Source: Bacillota bacterium (lineage in GTDB: Bacteria; Bacillota; Dehalobacteriia; UBA4068; UBA4997). Taken from it: DNA of 64,000 nucleotides. The stretch lies in NCBI GenBank assembly GCA_021769035.1, contig JAETTP010000005.1, positions 1,519-65,518 on the forward strand, given 5' to 3'. Below the pieces are notes generated by a model. The model did no database searches, was not told the DNA's origin, and was given only the letters and a program-made list of their open reading frames with translations. Numbering within the stretch: position 1 is the first letter of the stretch; each line of letters starts with the position of its first letter. Shown here one piece after another: positions 20,801 to 30,623 of the stretch. Position numbers and translations under genes: made by a program.

Positions 20801-21465
20801 ACCGGCACCGTCGGGTGCTGAATATCTAAATTAAAGCCCTCGCGGGTACGCACCTCTTCAATTTTATATTCGCCAACCGGCACGCCTGTCACAGTTTTTG
20901 TTTCATTGTTCGCAACGTAAAAAATATGGCTCCACGTGTTTTCCCCTTGGTTAGCAGGATAAATTCGATAGGTGTAGGTGCGCACCGGCTCGCCCTCCAA
21001 ATTAGGCGGTTTGCTAATGGTAATCTGCCCGTTCGGTTTGTTGATAGCAAAAATTGCTTCCCGCTCCTGCACAAACATCGTACTCTGGAAATCGCTGGTG
21101 CCCATTTTCCAATTCGGCACAACCACGCTACTATTATCCGTCATCTCCACCACGCTTGCGGAAAATACATTACCCCTGGAAAACTCCACCTGTTCGCCGC
21201 CCTTAACTTTCACAGTTTCATTAAAAGGTTGGTACTCGTTTCCCGATTTCTCCAAGCCCCGCACCTCAAAGGTATATTCCTGCGCCTTGGCCTGGCTCAG
21301 TTCATCTTCCGTCATACCATCCGCAGAAATAATCTTTTCAATAATCAACCTGTAAGAACTTAGGCTATCGCTATCCGCAAAAATCAGCGTGCCCGCCGAT
21401 AACAAAACCAGCAGAAACAGGATTGCCAAGCTAAAAATTCTTTTCCCTCTCACGTTAATACTCAT
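17890..21465 (-). CDS. Sortase-anchored (LPXTG-like, APQTG) surface protein with repeated beta-rich domains
   Basis: ATG 21465 with GGAG RBS and signal peptide; three VH(E/A)Y..IILRYY repeats; (EP)n linker; APQTG + TM + KKPRHK tail. Confidence 0.88.
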   Translation of the reverse strand: MSINVRGKRIFSLAILFLLVLLSAGTLIFADSDSLSSYRLIIEKIISADGMTEDELSQAKAQEYTFEVRGLEKSGNEYQPFNETVKVKGGEQVEFSRGNVFSASVVEMTDNSSVVVPNWKMGTSDFQSTMFVQEREAIFAINKPNGQITISKPPNLEGEPVRTYTYRIYPANQGENTWSHIFYVANNETKTVTGVPVGEYKIEEVRTREGFNLDIQHPTVPVAAGETARITFTGDYGRLKLTPPDDGLPHTYKLSRWGDSYTETCQPGEGAHLVRHPLTQGDYNVQEVMYDEFEGVAGFEVGIPTESILKTTYTTVSNNSYGYYKVTPRDLGNAENGDYFQIGVTNIQGLSDGSSYEVVIGGTYRGQEEKGRLNYRFKNGTVGEELLIENPMYRLAPGTIYYKIDTPGVTGFRINLYLHKLNKNVKEVSGSKITVNAGTAKQLIITKPADTSGNPWAGSVQYRYVVTATNNYRSEFVLYPGESKTLTGLVSGRKYTITETVELPKPTEGFTLEAYDSASTSTTGSTLSTEIINESGSFVVHKPSLNLEGYKDGRVYYYELVKPDGSVEEFQLNAGESKTFGPGLAPGSYTVHSVKDTNLGFTLSYSDSSMVSVIRGGTPSTIKVTNNFTREIGGYYVVHEYYPTRESVGVENWKERSYIFARGGKPVNTVYTDDDVELILHGPSGQEYIYCDAVYGGTIGGRKTEGAKLASQSLTNGAYDVNVDVYNLLPDAQNVNDNPYIIGSDANRAKREAEDKPVEGDITYTVDPSMDHVVALREDEDQQIIILRYYQAPPKMGKYKVVHAYFKRTPQGDMREGFSPIETVETILDDTHYDVSGVERQPEHTWQDQQYTYTYFQGLYGRIVNESEVEKILASSNVDETTEAALRYGYQPDSTKQWVLATEKGDQVIILRYYRMPEYKGSYRYVHEYYLREADGSVTLEGKSGIGTVAQLVLDETKYTAGNVAKQPNFGAFTYTYEEAAYGKMAGDNAYTPAEDMNWVNATPGGEQVIILRYYREGEEPPPGPGPGPGPSPKPDPEPEPEPEPEPEPEPEPEPEPEPGNDPGDDPEPEPEPEKPAPEQPEEPKVTEPEPEKPQVEQPVDEPEQPRPELPDPNDPTSPEQITVEGKTYVKVWDEELEEWVYLPEDEVPLAWQEAPQTGDESKLWLWAAFCLAALAGLAALLLKKPRHKED
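18245..18400 (-). repeat. (Glu-Pro)n/(Gly-Pro)n coding hexamer repeat
   Basis: (TCTGGC)5 at 18305-18334 inside a degenerate 6-bp array. Confidence 0.85.
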
Positions 21466-21517
21466 TTTCCGCCAAACTCCTTTTAAAAAATTTGTTACGA
21501 AACCTGATATTACACAT

Positions 21518-22192
21518 TTATTCCCGCAGTCGCTCATTCACCGCCACCGCCAGCTCGCCCAGCCGCCCCTCCAGATAAGGCCCCGGACACAAGGTGTTGG
21601 CAAACATTCGGTGGCAGGTTAAGTTTCCCCGCTCATCTCCGGTGTAGGTCAGCTCCGCTATACCGTTACGCCGGCAGACATCTGCGCAAAGTTCCACCAA
21701 GGCGGCAAAGGCCGCCTCGCTCACGTGCCAATCGCCGCCGATTTGATCATTAGCCACCTCAACCGTCACCGCCCGCGCATCGTTGGTCGCATTGCTAGAA
21801 GTCCAGGCCTGGTTAGCTTCCTCCACAAATATGCCAATCCGGCCCTGGCTGTCGATAGCATAATTGGCCGAGGTTCGCCGGTCCTGGTTAGCAAAACGCT
21901 CGCCAACCTCCGCCAGCTGCAAATCGGCTCCCATATGATGAATGGTAATACTGTCAATCTGAGCCGCCCGCGGAAAATCTGCACACGGCGAAAGCCAGGC
22001 ATATTCCGCCAGGCTGCTGTTGCGTCCAACCACCGCCGCCAGCTCCTCCCCGGCTAATTCCCGCCCAATATAATCCGGCAAGCGTTCGGAGGCCGTCCAA
22101 CACAATGTCAAAACCAGGACGGTCACCCCGGCAAAGCCAAGCAAAAGCAACCAAACATTGGCAAACTCACTTTTTTTCAGGCCAAATTGCAT
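21518..22192 (-). CDS. N-acetylmuramoyl-L-alanine amidase (Amidase_2) with N-terminal membrane anchor
   Basis: ITIHHMG, SANY, AWTS, VTVEVAN, HRMFANTLCPG zinc-ligand motifs. Confidence 0.9.
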   Translation of the reverse strand: MQFGLKKSEFANVWLLLLGFAGVTVLVLTLCWTASERLPDYIGRELAGEELAAVVGRNSSLAEYAWLSPCADFPRAAQIDSITIHHMGADLQLAEVGERFANQDRRTSANYAIDSQGRIGIFVEEANQAWTSSNATNDARAVTVEVANDQIGGDWHVSEAAFAALVELCADVCRRNGIAELTYTGDERGNLTCHRMFANTLCPGPYLEGRLGELAVAVNERLRE

Positions 22193-22205
22193 TCACATCA
22201 CCGCC

Positions 22206-23600
22206 TTATTTCGCAAAGCAGCGCCAATTCCAGACAAACAACACGGCCAATATCCCAAAAAGCAACCGCCAAACCCAACAACTTAAACGTATGCCGGAAG
22301 CCCGTGACGGCTGAGCTACCGTCAGCATAACCATTGCCGTAATACCCAGATAAAAAAAACTGGTATCCAACAAGCAATGAGTCAAAAAAGCCCCAAACTC
22401 CGCTCTGGTTTCAGGCTGCTTAGATTTAAGCCAAACCCGAATAGCCAAAATCAGCAAGGCCGCAGCCGCCAGCAGGCCCAGCTCCACCCCCACATGGATC
22501 AACACATTATGAATGTGCCAGGTGTTAAAAAATTTATCAGCGTCCTGCATATTCAACCCGCGCCACTGGTAGGGCCCCACTCCCCAAAGCGGATTTTGCC
22601 AACAGTAATGCAGGCCGTTGCGCATCATTTGCAAACGCTCGGCAAAGGTGGCCAGGCTGCTGGGCCTCACCAGCACCAATCCGGCCGCCACCAAACTACC
22701 CAGGGCTGCCAAACCAGCCGCCACCTTTGGTTTAACAGCTAAAAAACGCCCAAAATCCCACCAGCCGGCAACCAACACCCCGGCATAGAGCAAAAGCGGC
22801 AGACACAGCCAAGGATAATCCGTCCGGGCCGCCGCCAGATACAACAACAAGCCCATGCCAACGCCCAGCGTCGCCTTAGCCAAAAGCTGGGCCAAATAAA
22901 CTGCCGCCGCATAGCCCCCTTGCGCTTTACGTCCCACAACTAAAAGCACTATGCCAACTGCCATTGCCAAAAAACTGCCCAAGGAGAGCGTCAAAGCCAA
23001 AGCCATCAGCAAAACTGCTTCCACGGCAAACCAAAGGCGCAGAATTAATTTCCGTCGCTTGCTTAAAACAGCTTCCGGCTCCGGCCGATACCCCTGCCAA
23101 ATAAACCAACCAAGCACCAAAAAAATGCCCAAGGCGTTAGGGTTGCCCAAAAAAAACGCCAATCGTCGGGCGCTGCCCTCAGCAAGTGCCGCATAAGTAA
23201 ACTGTCCCAGACCAATCAACGCCACCAAGCCTGCCAAACCAGCGCACAGGCGGCGCAGCCAAATTTGCTCCTCCCCGCTCAGGCCGACCAACAGCAGATA
23301 AAGCAACAGCCAAATCAGCTGGCAGCCGGCATAGCCGTCAGCAATGTTGCCAAATGTGCCCCAGGAGGCAACCGCGCTTAGCAGATTGTAAAACAAAAGC
23401 GGCCCCAACACCCAGCCGTCAATTTTAGCTCCCGCCGCAGCCACCGCCGGGGCCTGCACAATCCCTACCGCGCACAAAATCAGGCCCAGCAGGCTGACAG
23501 TCCGCACGTCGCCAACCCCTAACAGCAGCAGCACAAAAAGCGCCAAAAACAGGCACAGCACAATATAATGGTCAATCAAGCGCCAAAAGCCGCCACCCAC
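22206..23600 (-). CDS. O-antigen ligase / O-oligosaccharyltransferase (Wzy_C) family membrane protein
   Basis: Multi-TM; GNPNALG, ERLQM, PLWGVGP, HIHN..ELG. Confidence 0.85.
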   Translation of the reverse strand: MGGGFWRLIDHYIVLCLFLALFVLLLLGVGDVRTVSLLGLILCAVGIVQAPAVAAAGAKIDGWVLGPLLFYNLLSAVASWGTFGNIADGYAGCQLIWLLLYLLLVGLSGEEQIWLRRLCAGLAGLVALIGLGQFTYAALAEGSARRLAFFLGNPNALGIFLVLGWFIWQGYRPEPEAVLSKRRKLILRLWFAVEAVLLMALALTLSLGSFLAMAVGIVLLVVGRKAQGGYAAAVYLAQLLAKATLGVGMGLLLYLAAARTDYPWLCLPLLLYAGVLVAGWWDFGRFLAVKPKVAAGLAALGSLVAAGLVLVRPSSLATFAERLQMMRNGLHYCWQNPLWGVGPYQWRGLNMQDADKFFNTWHIHNVLIHVGVELGLLAAAALLILAIRVWLKSKQPETRAEFGAFLTHCLLDTSFFYLGITAMVMLTVAQPSRASGIRLSCWVWRLLFGILAVLFVWNWRCFAK

Positions 23601-23694
23601 ATCTGCTCGCCATCCTTTTAGTTATCCAAACTTATTCCAGCTACTATGAAAATAATAACTAAGAATAAAGACACTATTTGACTATTACAGGAAT

Positions 23695-23723
23695 ATTTTA
23701 ACTGATATTTTTAACTATGTCAA
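23695..23723 (-). promoter_or_regulatory. Sigma-A promoter of the ligase-amidase-LPXTG operon
   Basis: TTGACA-17-TAAAAT. Confidence 0.7.
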
Positions 23724-23751
23724 TAATAAATACGGATTTTTCTATAGATTT

Positions 23752-23797
23752 AAACAGCAATCGCCGCCACTTCCCAGGAAATGACGGCGAACTGTTT
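23752..23797 (-). terminator. Stem-loop after lysC
   Basis: AAACAG..TCGCCG...CGGCGA.CTGTTT imperfect inverted repeat. Confidence 0.6.
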
Positions 23798-23822
23798 CTT
23801 CATATTTAATATGTCGTTATGC

Positions 23823-25040
23823 TTAAAGCCCAAAGCTGTCGTGCAGGGCACGCACCGCGTCCTTGGCGCCCTCCTTTTGCAAAATGCAGGACACCTTAAT
23901 TTCTGAGGTGGAAATCATATCAATATTAAAACCGTTATCGTACAGGCATTTGAACATCTTGGCCGCCACGCCGGGGTTGGTAATCATGCCCGCGCCCACA
24001 ATGGAAACCTTAGCCACGTCGTCGGCCAGGGCAAAATGCTCCGCCTCCAGTTGGGCCACCACCGGCTCCAAAATCTCCTCCAGCTTGCCGTCCGCTTCCT
24101 TGCCGCAGGTGAAGGATATATCATTGCGGCCGTCCTTGTGGCCGCTCTGGATAATCATATCCACATTAATCTTCGCGTCTGCCAAAGCGCCAAACAAAAC
24201 GCTGGCAATGCCCGGCCGGTCCGGCACGCCGTAAACCGTCACCTTAACCACATCGTCGTCGTATGCCACGCCGCTCACCAAAACCTCACGTTCCAACTGC
24301 TTCATATCAATTTCCTCCTTCACCATAGTGCCCTCATTATCGTTAAAGCTGGAGCGCACGCAAATCGGCATATTAAAGGTTTTTGCCACCTCCACGCTGC
24401 GCGGCTGCAAAACGCCCGCGCCCAAGCTGCTCATCTCCAGCATTTCATCAAAGGATATTTCCTCCAGCTTGTGCGCATTGGGCACAATCCGCGGGTCTGC
24501 CGTATAAACCCCGTCCACGTCGGTGTATATCTCGCAGAAATCGGCGTTCAGACCAATAGCCAAAGCCACGCCGGAGGTGTCCGAGCCGCCGCGGCCCAGG
24601 GTGTGGATTTCCCCCAGCGAGTCAATGCCCTGAAAGCCGGTGACGATAACCACCTTGCCGGAGGCCAGCTCCCGCTCCAGCCGCACCGAATCAATGGAAA
24701 GAATTTTCGCCCGGCTGTAAACCCGGTCGGTCCGAATCCCCGCCTGCTCCCCGGTGAGCGAAACCGCCTTGTAGCCCATGCTTTGCAGGGCAATCGCCAG
24801 CAAAGCCACGCTCTGCTGCTCCCCGGTAGACATCAGCATATCCATCTCCCGTTCCGAGGGATATGCGGTCAGCTGCCGGGCCAAAGCGATCAAATCGTCG
24901 GTGGTGTCGCCCATTGCCGAAAGCACCACCACCACCTGATTGCCAGCGTCCACCGTCCGGGCCACCCGGCGGGCCACGTTCTGGATACGTTCAATATTAG
25001 CGACTGAACTGCCGCCAAACTTTTGCACAATTAATGCCAT
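23823..25040 (-). CDS. lysC: Aspartate kinase
   Basis: VQKFGGSSV, TLGRGGSDTS, YTADPR, two ACT domains. Confidence 0.97.
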   Translation of the reverse strand: MALIVQKFGGSSVANIERIQNVARRVARTVDAGNQVVVVLSAMGDTTDDLIALARQLTAYPSEREMDMLMSTGEQQSVALLAIALQSMGYKAVSLTGEQAGIRTDRVYSRAKILSIDSVRLERELASGKVVIVTGFQGIDSLGEIHTLGRGGSDTSGVALAIGLNADFCEIYTDVDGVYTADPRIVPNAHKLEEISFDEMLEMSSLGAGVLQPRSVEVAKTFNMPICVRSSFNDNEGTMVKEEIDMKQLEREVLVSGVAYDDDVVKVTVYGVPDRPGIASVLFGALADAKINVDMIIQSGHKDGRNDISFTCGKEADGKLEEILEPVVAQLEAEHFALADDVAKVSIVGAGMITNPGVAAKMFKCLYDNGFNIDMISTSEIKVSCILQKEGAKDAVRALHDSFGL

Positions 25041-25066
25041 TATTTTTCCCCCTTAATTTAATCCGT

Positions 25067-25972
25067 TCAGCAACCCTGAGCGCCCTGATTATCCTGCGCC
25101 AAAACCTGCACCTTGGGGTGCACGCCGCAGGCAAACCAGGCCCGGCGCATTGCCTGGCGTATGGCCGCGCCGTCGCCGTCGGTGAAGGCAATCAGCGTCG
25201 GCCCGGCGCCGGAAAGGCCCGCCGCCAAGGCTCCGGCCGCTCTGGCCGCCCGCAGCACCCGTTTGGCGCCCTTAATCAGGCGATAACGCTGCTCCTGGTG
25301 CAGGCGGTCGTCAAAGGCCGTGGCAAAAAGCTGCAAATCGCCGCAGGCCATAGCCCCCACCATCAAAGCCGCACATTGAATATTATGAACTGCATCTTCC
25401 CGGCGTACCTCCGCCGGCAAAATTTTTCGGGCCCGGCTGGTGGAAAGGAAAAAATCCGGAATCGCCGCCACCGCCCTAAGCTCCGCCGGCGGCTGCAAAC
25501 GCAGCACCACCGTTTTGCCGCCCCGCTGGCAGGACGACACAAAACCGCCGTACAAGGCCGGGGCCACATTGTCGGAGTGCCCCTCCAGCTCCACGGCCAG
25601 CTCCAGCAGGCTGTCGTCCGCCAAAGGCTCGCCCAGCAGCATGTTGGCCGCTTTCAGCCCGCCCACAATGGCGGCGGCGGAGCTGCCCAACCCACGGGAA
25701 ACTGGTATCACATTATACATCTTAAATTCCAGGCCGCCAAACGGCTCGCCGGCCGCTTCAAAAACCCGCCGGGCCGCCCGCACCGTCAAATTCTCCTTGG
25801 GCTGTTCCATACCTTTAGTATGCGCCCCCACGTTGGCCATGCGTATACCGCGCCCCTGCACGCGCCGCAGCCCAACCGTGTTATACATCGCCAGCGCCAT
25901 GCCAAAGGTATCAAATCCAGCGCCCATATTAGCCGTGGTGGCCGGCACCTTAACATTTACCTCTTGCAGCAT
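25067..25972 (-). CDS. thrB: Homoserine kinase
   Basis: VPATTANMGAGFD, IPVSRGLGSSAA, EGHSDN, LSGAGP. Confidence 0.97.
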   Translation of the reverse strand: MLQEVNVKVPATTANMGAGFDTFGMALAMYNTVGLRRVQGRGIRMANVGAHTKGMEQPKENLTVRAARRVFEAAGEPFGGLEFKMYNVIPVSRGLGSSAAAIVGGLKAANMLLGEPLADDSLLELAVELEGHSDNVAPALYGGFVSSCQRGGKTVVLRLQPPAELRAVAAIPDFFLSTSRARKILPAEVRREDAVHNIQCAALMVGAMACGDLQLFATAFDDRLHQEQRYRLIKGAKRVLRAARAAGALAAGLSGAGPTLIAFTDGDGAAIRQAMRRAWFACGVHPKVQVLAQDNQGAQGC

Positions 25973-25977
25973 AGGCT

Positions 25978-27306
25978 TTACTCTCCTTTAACGCGAATCA
26001 TACTAGCCACGCAGTCCACGCAGGCCAGGCGGTGCAGCCGGCCCATCGCCTCCTGCAAGTTGGCCTCCCGCACCTGGTGGGTAATCAGCACGATTTCCGC
26101 CAGGCCGCTGTCCATCACCCGCTTTTGGATAACCGAATCCAAACTGATTTCCGAATCCGCAAAGGCCTCGGCAATCTGGGCCAAAACCTTGGGTTTATCC
26201 TGCACCATCAGGCGAATGTAAAATTTGTTGAAGCAATCGCCAATCGGCAAAACCCGGCGGCTGGCAAACTGACGCAGGCCGTAGCTGCCGCGGGTGCCGT
26301 TGACGACGTGCCGGGCGGCGGCAATCACATCGCCAACCACCGCGCTGGCCGTCGGCAGAGAGCCCGCGCCCCGGCCATAGAACATCGACTGACCCAGCGC
26401 ATCGCCCTCCACAAACACCGCATTGAAAACGTCGTTCACCGCAGCCAGCGGGTGGCTGGCCGGAATCATCAGCGGATAAACGCAAACCTCCGCCGCCTCG
26501 TCGCCCTGCGGCCGGGCCAGGCCCACCAGCTTAATCACATAGCCCAGCTGAGCGGCGTAATCAATATCAAACTTGCTGATTTTGGTAATACCCTCCACAT
26601 AAACCATATCCTCAGTGATATTGGTATTATAAGCAATCGAAGCCAAAATCGCCATTTTACGTGCCGCATCAAAGCCCTCGATGTCATTGGTGGGGTTGGC
26701 CTCGGCGTAGCCAAGCTCCTGGGCCCGCTGCAAGCAGGGCTGAAAATCCGCCCCCGTGCTGGACATCTGCGACAAAATATAGTTAGTTGTGCCATTCACA
26801 ACGCCCATAATCTCCACAATATTGTTGGCGGCCAGGCTGTCTTTCAAAGCTTTCAAAATCGGTATGCCGCCGGCCACGCTGGCCTCAAACAGGAAATCCG
26901 CCTGCTGCTCCTCCGCCAGCTTAAAAAGCTCCGCCCCGTGCGAGGCCACCAAATCCTTGTTGGCCGTCACCACGGATTTACCGGCCCGCAAGGCCGCCTG
27001 CACCATCTCCAAAGCCGGGTGAATACCGCCAATCAATTCGATAATCACCTCAATTTCCGGGTCGTCCACCAAATCGTGAAAATCACTGGTAGCGGTGGTG
27101 TCCGTCAGGCCCAGCTCGGCAATTTTGGCCTCCGTGTAAGGCACATCCAGATTGCAAACCCGCTTCACGTGCAGCGCAAAGCCCCGGTCGGCAATCAGCC
27201 GGCCGTTCTGGGCCAGCAGCTGCAAGGTGCCGCCGCCCACCGTGCCCAGGCCAATCAGGCCAACCTTAACCGTCCGTGCTTTTTCTGCCTCTTTTGTATT
27301 TTGCAT
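25978..27306 (-). CDS. hom: Homoserine dehydrogenase with ACT domain
   Basis: GLGTVG, VVTANK, FEASVAGGIP, NGTTNYIL, YGRGAG. Confidence 0.97.
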   Translation of the reverse strand: MQNTKEAEKARTVKVGLIGLGTVGGGTLQLLAQNGRLIADRGFALHVKRVCNLDVPYTEAKIAELGLTDTTATSDFHDLVDDPEIEVIIELIGGIHPALEMVQAALRAGKSVVTANKDLVASHGAELFKLAEEQQADFLFEASVAGGIPILKALKDSLAANNIVEIMGVVNGTTNYILSQMSSTGADFQPCLQRAQELGYAEANPTNDIEGFDAARKMAILASIAYNTNITEDMVYVEGITKISKFDIDYAAQLGYVIKLVGLARPQGDEAAEVCVYPLMIPASHPLAAVNDVFNAVFVEGDALGQSMFYGRGAGSLPTASAVVGDVIAAARHVVNGTRGSYGLRQFASRRVLPIGDCFNKFYIRLMVQDKPKVLAQIAEAFADSEISLDSVIQKRVMDSGLAEIVLITHQVREANLQEAMGRLHRLACVDCVASMIRVKGE

Positions 27307-27348
27307 TTTATTATCAACCTTTCATATTAAATTTATAACCTGTTAAAT

Positions 27349-27804
27349 TTATAACTTGGTATTCAGCTCGCCGATATAACCGGCGGAAATTATGCCGGGA
27401 ATTTGCTGAATTTGCTCCAGCAAACCGCCCAGGGAAAGCTCGCTTTCAGATATCTCCATGGTGATAGTGGCGGCGGCAATCCCGGCCAGGGGCATATCCT
27501 GATTTAGGGTGTGAATGTTGCAGTGGTTATCCGCCAGCACCGCCAAAACGGCCATCAACCGCCCCGGCGAGTTATCCATTCGGATATTCAACGCCACCAC
27601 CCGATAAGTTTCCTGCTGGTAAAAGGGAAAAATACCGTCCTTGTACTTGTAAAACACACTGCGGCTGATGTCGGCCATCTTCACCGCCTCGTTGACGCTG
27701 TGGGCGTCGCCCCTGGCTAAAAGCTGTTTGGCCAGGGCAGTGCGCTTAATGGCCTCCGGCAGAATGTCGTCGTAAATAATATAGGCTTCCCGGTTATTGT
27801 TCAT
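27349..27804 (-). CDS. thrR: ACT-domain transcriptional regulator, ThrR/PheB family
   Basis: ILPEAI..T..AK.LL, ISRSVFYKYKD, NIHTLNQ; directly upstream of hom. Confidence 0.85.
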   Translation of the reverse strand: MNNNREAYIIYDDILPEAIKRTALAKQLLARGDAHSVNEAVKMADISRSVFYKYKDGIFPFYQQETYRVVALNIRMDNSPGRLMAVLAVLADNHCNIHTLNQDMPLAGIAAATITMEISESELSLGGLLEQIQQIPGIISAGYIGELNTKL

Positions 27805-27827
27805 AAATCCAACCTCTCAGCAATTTG

Positions 27828-27907
27828 TCCGCAGCTTGCGGAAGAATATCCACCCTGCGCATACAGAATATAGCAGCTATTATAACAAAAAACCGTCGAT
27901 ATTACAA
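27828..27907 (-). promoter_or_regulatory. Sigma-A promoter and candidate operator of the thrR-hom-thrB-lysC operon
   Basis: TTGTAA-17-TATAAT (27907-27879) with extended TG; palindrome TCCGCA-GCT-TGCGGA at 27828-27842. Confidence 0.6.
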
Positions 27908-27943
27908 GCTTTTTTTTAGATTTTTTTGCCCTTAAAGAAAAAA

Positions 27944-27975
27944 ATATTGGCGCTTGCCAATTTCAGCGCCAATAT
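27944..27975 (-). terminator. Intrinsic terminator after mreD
   Basis: ATATTGGCGCT...AGCGCCAATAT followed by a T-run on the minus strand. Confidence 0.8.
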
Positions 27976-27982
27976 AACTAAT

Positions 27983-28501
27983 TTAAGCCTGCTTTTTTAT
28001 GGGCCGCAGCCAGCCGTATAAAAGCGAGCGATAAACCGGTACGTAGATAATTGGCGCCAAAAAGCAGTTCACCAAAGCGCCGCCCAAAATAATCTTGCTG
28101 ATAAAGGTCATCGAGAAGAAGCTGCCGGAAAGCAGGCCGGCAAACAGGGCATAAAGCAGACAGTTGGCAAAATGCACCCCAAAAACCGAAAGCACGGCAA
28201 TCAGATAGTTCTCCTTAAACAAGCCCTTGGTAAAGTGGCCGCACAAAAAGCCGGTGAAGCCCCAAACCAAAAGGTTCAACCCCAAAAAACGGCCCACCAC
28301 CAAATCCTGCAAAAAACCGCAAAACAGCCCGTGCCCCAGGCCCGGCAAAGCGCCCCGCAGCACCCCGGCATAAACCGGGAAAAACAGCAGCAGCCGCGGG
28401 CAAAAAACGCCCCAGCCCAAATTGTTCAGCACGCCGTATTGCAGCAAAAAGGCCGCCAGATATAACACCGCCAGCACCAGCCAACGCCGCCAGTTGTTCA
28501 T
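27983..28501 (-). CDS. mreD: Rod shape-determining protein MreD
   Basis: Hydrophobic protein with GLFCGFLQD..G..LG; follows mreC. Confidence 0.9.
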   Translation of the reverse strand: MNNWRRWLVLAVLYLAAFLLQYGVLNNLGWGVFCPRLLLFFPVYAGVLRGALPGLGHGLFCGFLQDLVVGRFLGLNLLVWGFTGFLCGHFTKGLFKENYLIAVLSVFGVHFANCLLYALFAGLLSGSFFSMTFISKIILGGALVNCFLAPIIYVPVYRSLLYGWLRPIKKQA

Positions 28502-28516
28502 AAAAGCCCTCCCATT

Positions 28517-29353
28517 CTAATTGCGCCTGTTTTTGGGCATCAGAACGATGACCTCCTCCAGGTGGGCAAAATCCACATAGGAGCGCACATCAATATTCAG
28601 CATCAGGCCGTCGCTTTGCAAGTCGATGTTGTTAATATAGCCCACCAGCAGGCCCTGCGGATAAATACCGCCGTAGCCGGAGGTCAAAACCTGCTGATAA
28701 TTTTCAATTTCCGCGTCGTAGGGCACGTGAATCATGCTCAGGCTGTCGGTTTCGCCGTCGCCCTCCACCACGCCAATCGTCCGGGTGTTCTGCACCATTG
28801 CGCTCACCGCGCCGCTGCGGTCGGTCAGCAACAACACAGTGGAGTTATACTCAGTCGTGCTGAGGATTCGCCCCACCAGCCCCTGCGCGCAAATCACCGG
28901 CATGCCGGGCTTAAAGCCATCTTGGGCGCCGCCATTAATCGTCATCTGCTTATACCACTCGCTGGGCTCCCGGTTAATCACAGAGGTGGTCACATAATCA
29001 AACTTGTCGGTGTAATCGTCCACCACGTTCAGCAATTCACTCAAACGCTCGTTTTCCAGCTTATATTCCTCAATCTGCACCAGTTGCAGGCGCAGATTGC
29101 TCAACTCCTTGCGCAGCTCCTCATTTTCCGCCCGCAGATTGTCAATACCCTCCAAGTAAGCACCCCAGTTGCCAATATTAGCCGCAATAACCTTGGCCCC
29201 CTTTTGCATAGGCGCCAAAAAATCCTGTAAAATCTGCTCCGGCTTAGAAATATTTTCTCGCTCCGTTGAGGTTATGCTGGCCAGATAAAACACGCCAATC
29301 AGCAGCGCCACAACGACGCCGCCAATCAAAAGCCTCTTTCTATTAGGAGTCAC
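28517..29353 (-). CDS. mreC: Rod shape-determining protein MreC
   Basis: TM + coiled coil (ENERL), GLVGRI, TSGYGGIYPQG. Confidence 0.95.
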   Translation of the reverse strand: MTPNRKRLLIGGVVVALLIGVFYLASITSTERENISKPEQILQDFLAPMQKGAKVIAANIGNWGAYLEGIDNLRAENEELRKELSNLRLQLVQIEEYKLENERLSELLNVVDDYTDKFDYVTTSVINREPSEWYKQMTINGGAQDGFKPGMPVICAQGLVGRILSTTEYNSTVLLLTDRSGAVSAMVQNTRTIGVVEGDGETDSLSMIHVPYDAEIENYQQVLTSGYGGIYPQGLLVGYINNIDLQSDGLMLNIDVRSYVDFAHLEEVIVLMPKNRRN

Positions 29354-29394
29354 AAAAAACTACACCCTCCAACCTAAAATCCTCCTTAAAACTA

Positions 29395-30405
29395 TCACTT
29401 GCGGTTCCCATTATCCAAAATATGGATATTCTCCAGCACCTTGCTGGTGCCCAAAACCACGGCGTTCAGTGCCTGGTCGGACAAATGCACCATAATATGC
29501 GTTTCCATCGAAACCAGCTTGGGCAGGCCACGCAGCAAGGAACCGCCGCCGGCCATCACAATGCCGCGGTCCATAATATCCGCCGCCAGCTCCGGCGGGG
29601 ACTTCTCCAAACAAATTTTAATAGCATCGATAATCGCCGCCACCGGCTCCGCCAGGGCCTGATTAATCTGGTCTGTGGTGATGGTGACGGTTTTGGGCAG
29701 GCCGGTCATCAAGTCGCGCCCGCGCACGGAGTAGGTTTCGCCCATTTCCTCGCGCTCCAAATAGGCGGAGCCAATCTGGATTTTGATCTCCTCCGCCGTG
29801 CGCTCGCCAATCGCCAGGTTAAAATTCTTCTTAATATAGTTGACAATCGCCTCGTCCATCTTGTCGCCGGCCACCCGCACGGAATGTACCGTCACCAGGC
29901 CGCCTAAGGAAATCAGGCCAACCTCCGTGGTGCCGCCGCCAATATCCACAATCATATTGCCCACCGGCTCCATCACCGGCAGCCCGGCGCCAATGGCCGC
30001 CGCCATAGGCTCCTCAATCAGATAGGCCTCCTTGGCCCCGGCGTTTAAGGCCGCTTCCCGGATAGCCCGCTCCTCCACGGTGGTAACCCCGGAGGGAACG
30101 CAAATCACAATGCGCGGCCGGGAAAAAATCGAACGGTTTTTAATCACCTTATCAATAAAATACTTCAGCATGCTCTGCGTCGTGTCAAAATCGGCAATCA
30201 CGCCGTCTTTAACCGGCCGGATAGCCATAATATTGCCGGGCGTGCGGCCCAGCATTTTTTTTGCCTCGTTGCCCACGGCCAAAATCTTTTTGGTGTTCTT
30301 GTCAATCGCAACCACGGAGGGCTCCGTGGTAATCGCGTCGCGGCCCTTCACATAAACCAGCGTATTGGCAGTTCCCAAATCAATACCAATATCTATATTA
30401 AACAA
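29395..30405 (-). CDS. mreB: Rod shape-determining protein MreB
   Basis: [32 protein letters not shown] start at 30405 chosen from the RBS. Confidence 0.97.
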   Translation of the reverse strand: MFNIDIGIDLGTANTLVYVKGRDAITTEPSVVAIDKNTKKILAVGNEAKKMLGRTPGNIMAIRPVKDGVIADFDTTQSMLKYFIDKVIKNRSIFSRPRIVICVPSGVTTVEERAIREAALNAGAKEAYLIEEPMAAAIGAGLPVMEPVGNMIVDIGGGTTEVGLISLGGLVTVHSVRVAGDKMDEAIVNYIKKNFNLAIGERTAEEIKIQIGSAYLEREEMGETYSVRGRDLMTGLPKTVTITTDQINQALAEPVAAIIDAIKICLEKSPPELAADIMDRGIVMAGGGSLLRGLPKLVSMETHIMVHLSDQALNAVVLGTSKVLENIHILDNGNRK

Positions 30406-30623
30406 AACCTTTGCCCCTTTCTTCGGCGCTGTCCCTGTTGTCAACTCTCAAAATCATTTTCCGAAACATTACACATCAGCAAATCAGCAGCAAGTCAATA
30501 ATTAGCTGTCCAACTTATATTATAGTATATTTTCCCCCTTAAATACAACAGGTTAGGCAGGTTTTTCTGCTTTTTTTTATTAATTTTTTATTATTTTTTT
30601 CCTCAGAGGCCGAAATGCAGCGC

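Noticed and set aside
4468..21465. Diversity-generating retroelement or invertible shufflon acting on the surface genes
   Set aside because: No reverse transcriptase, template/variable repeat pair, invertase or flanking inverted repeats were seen in the window.
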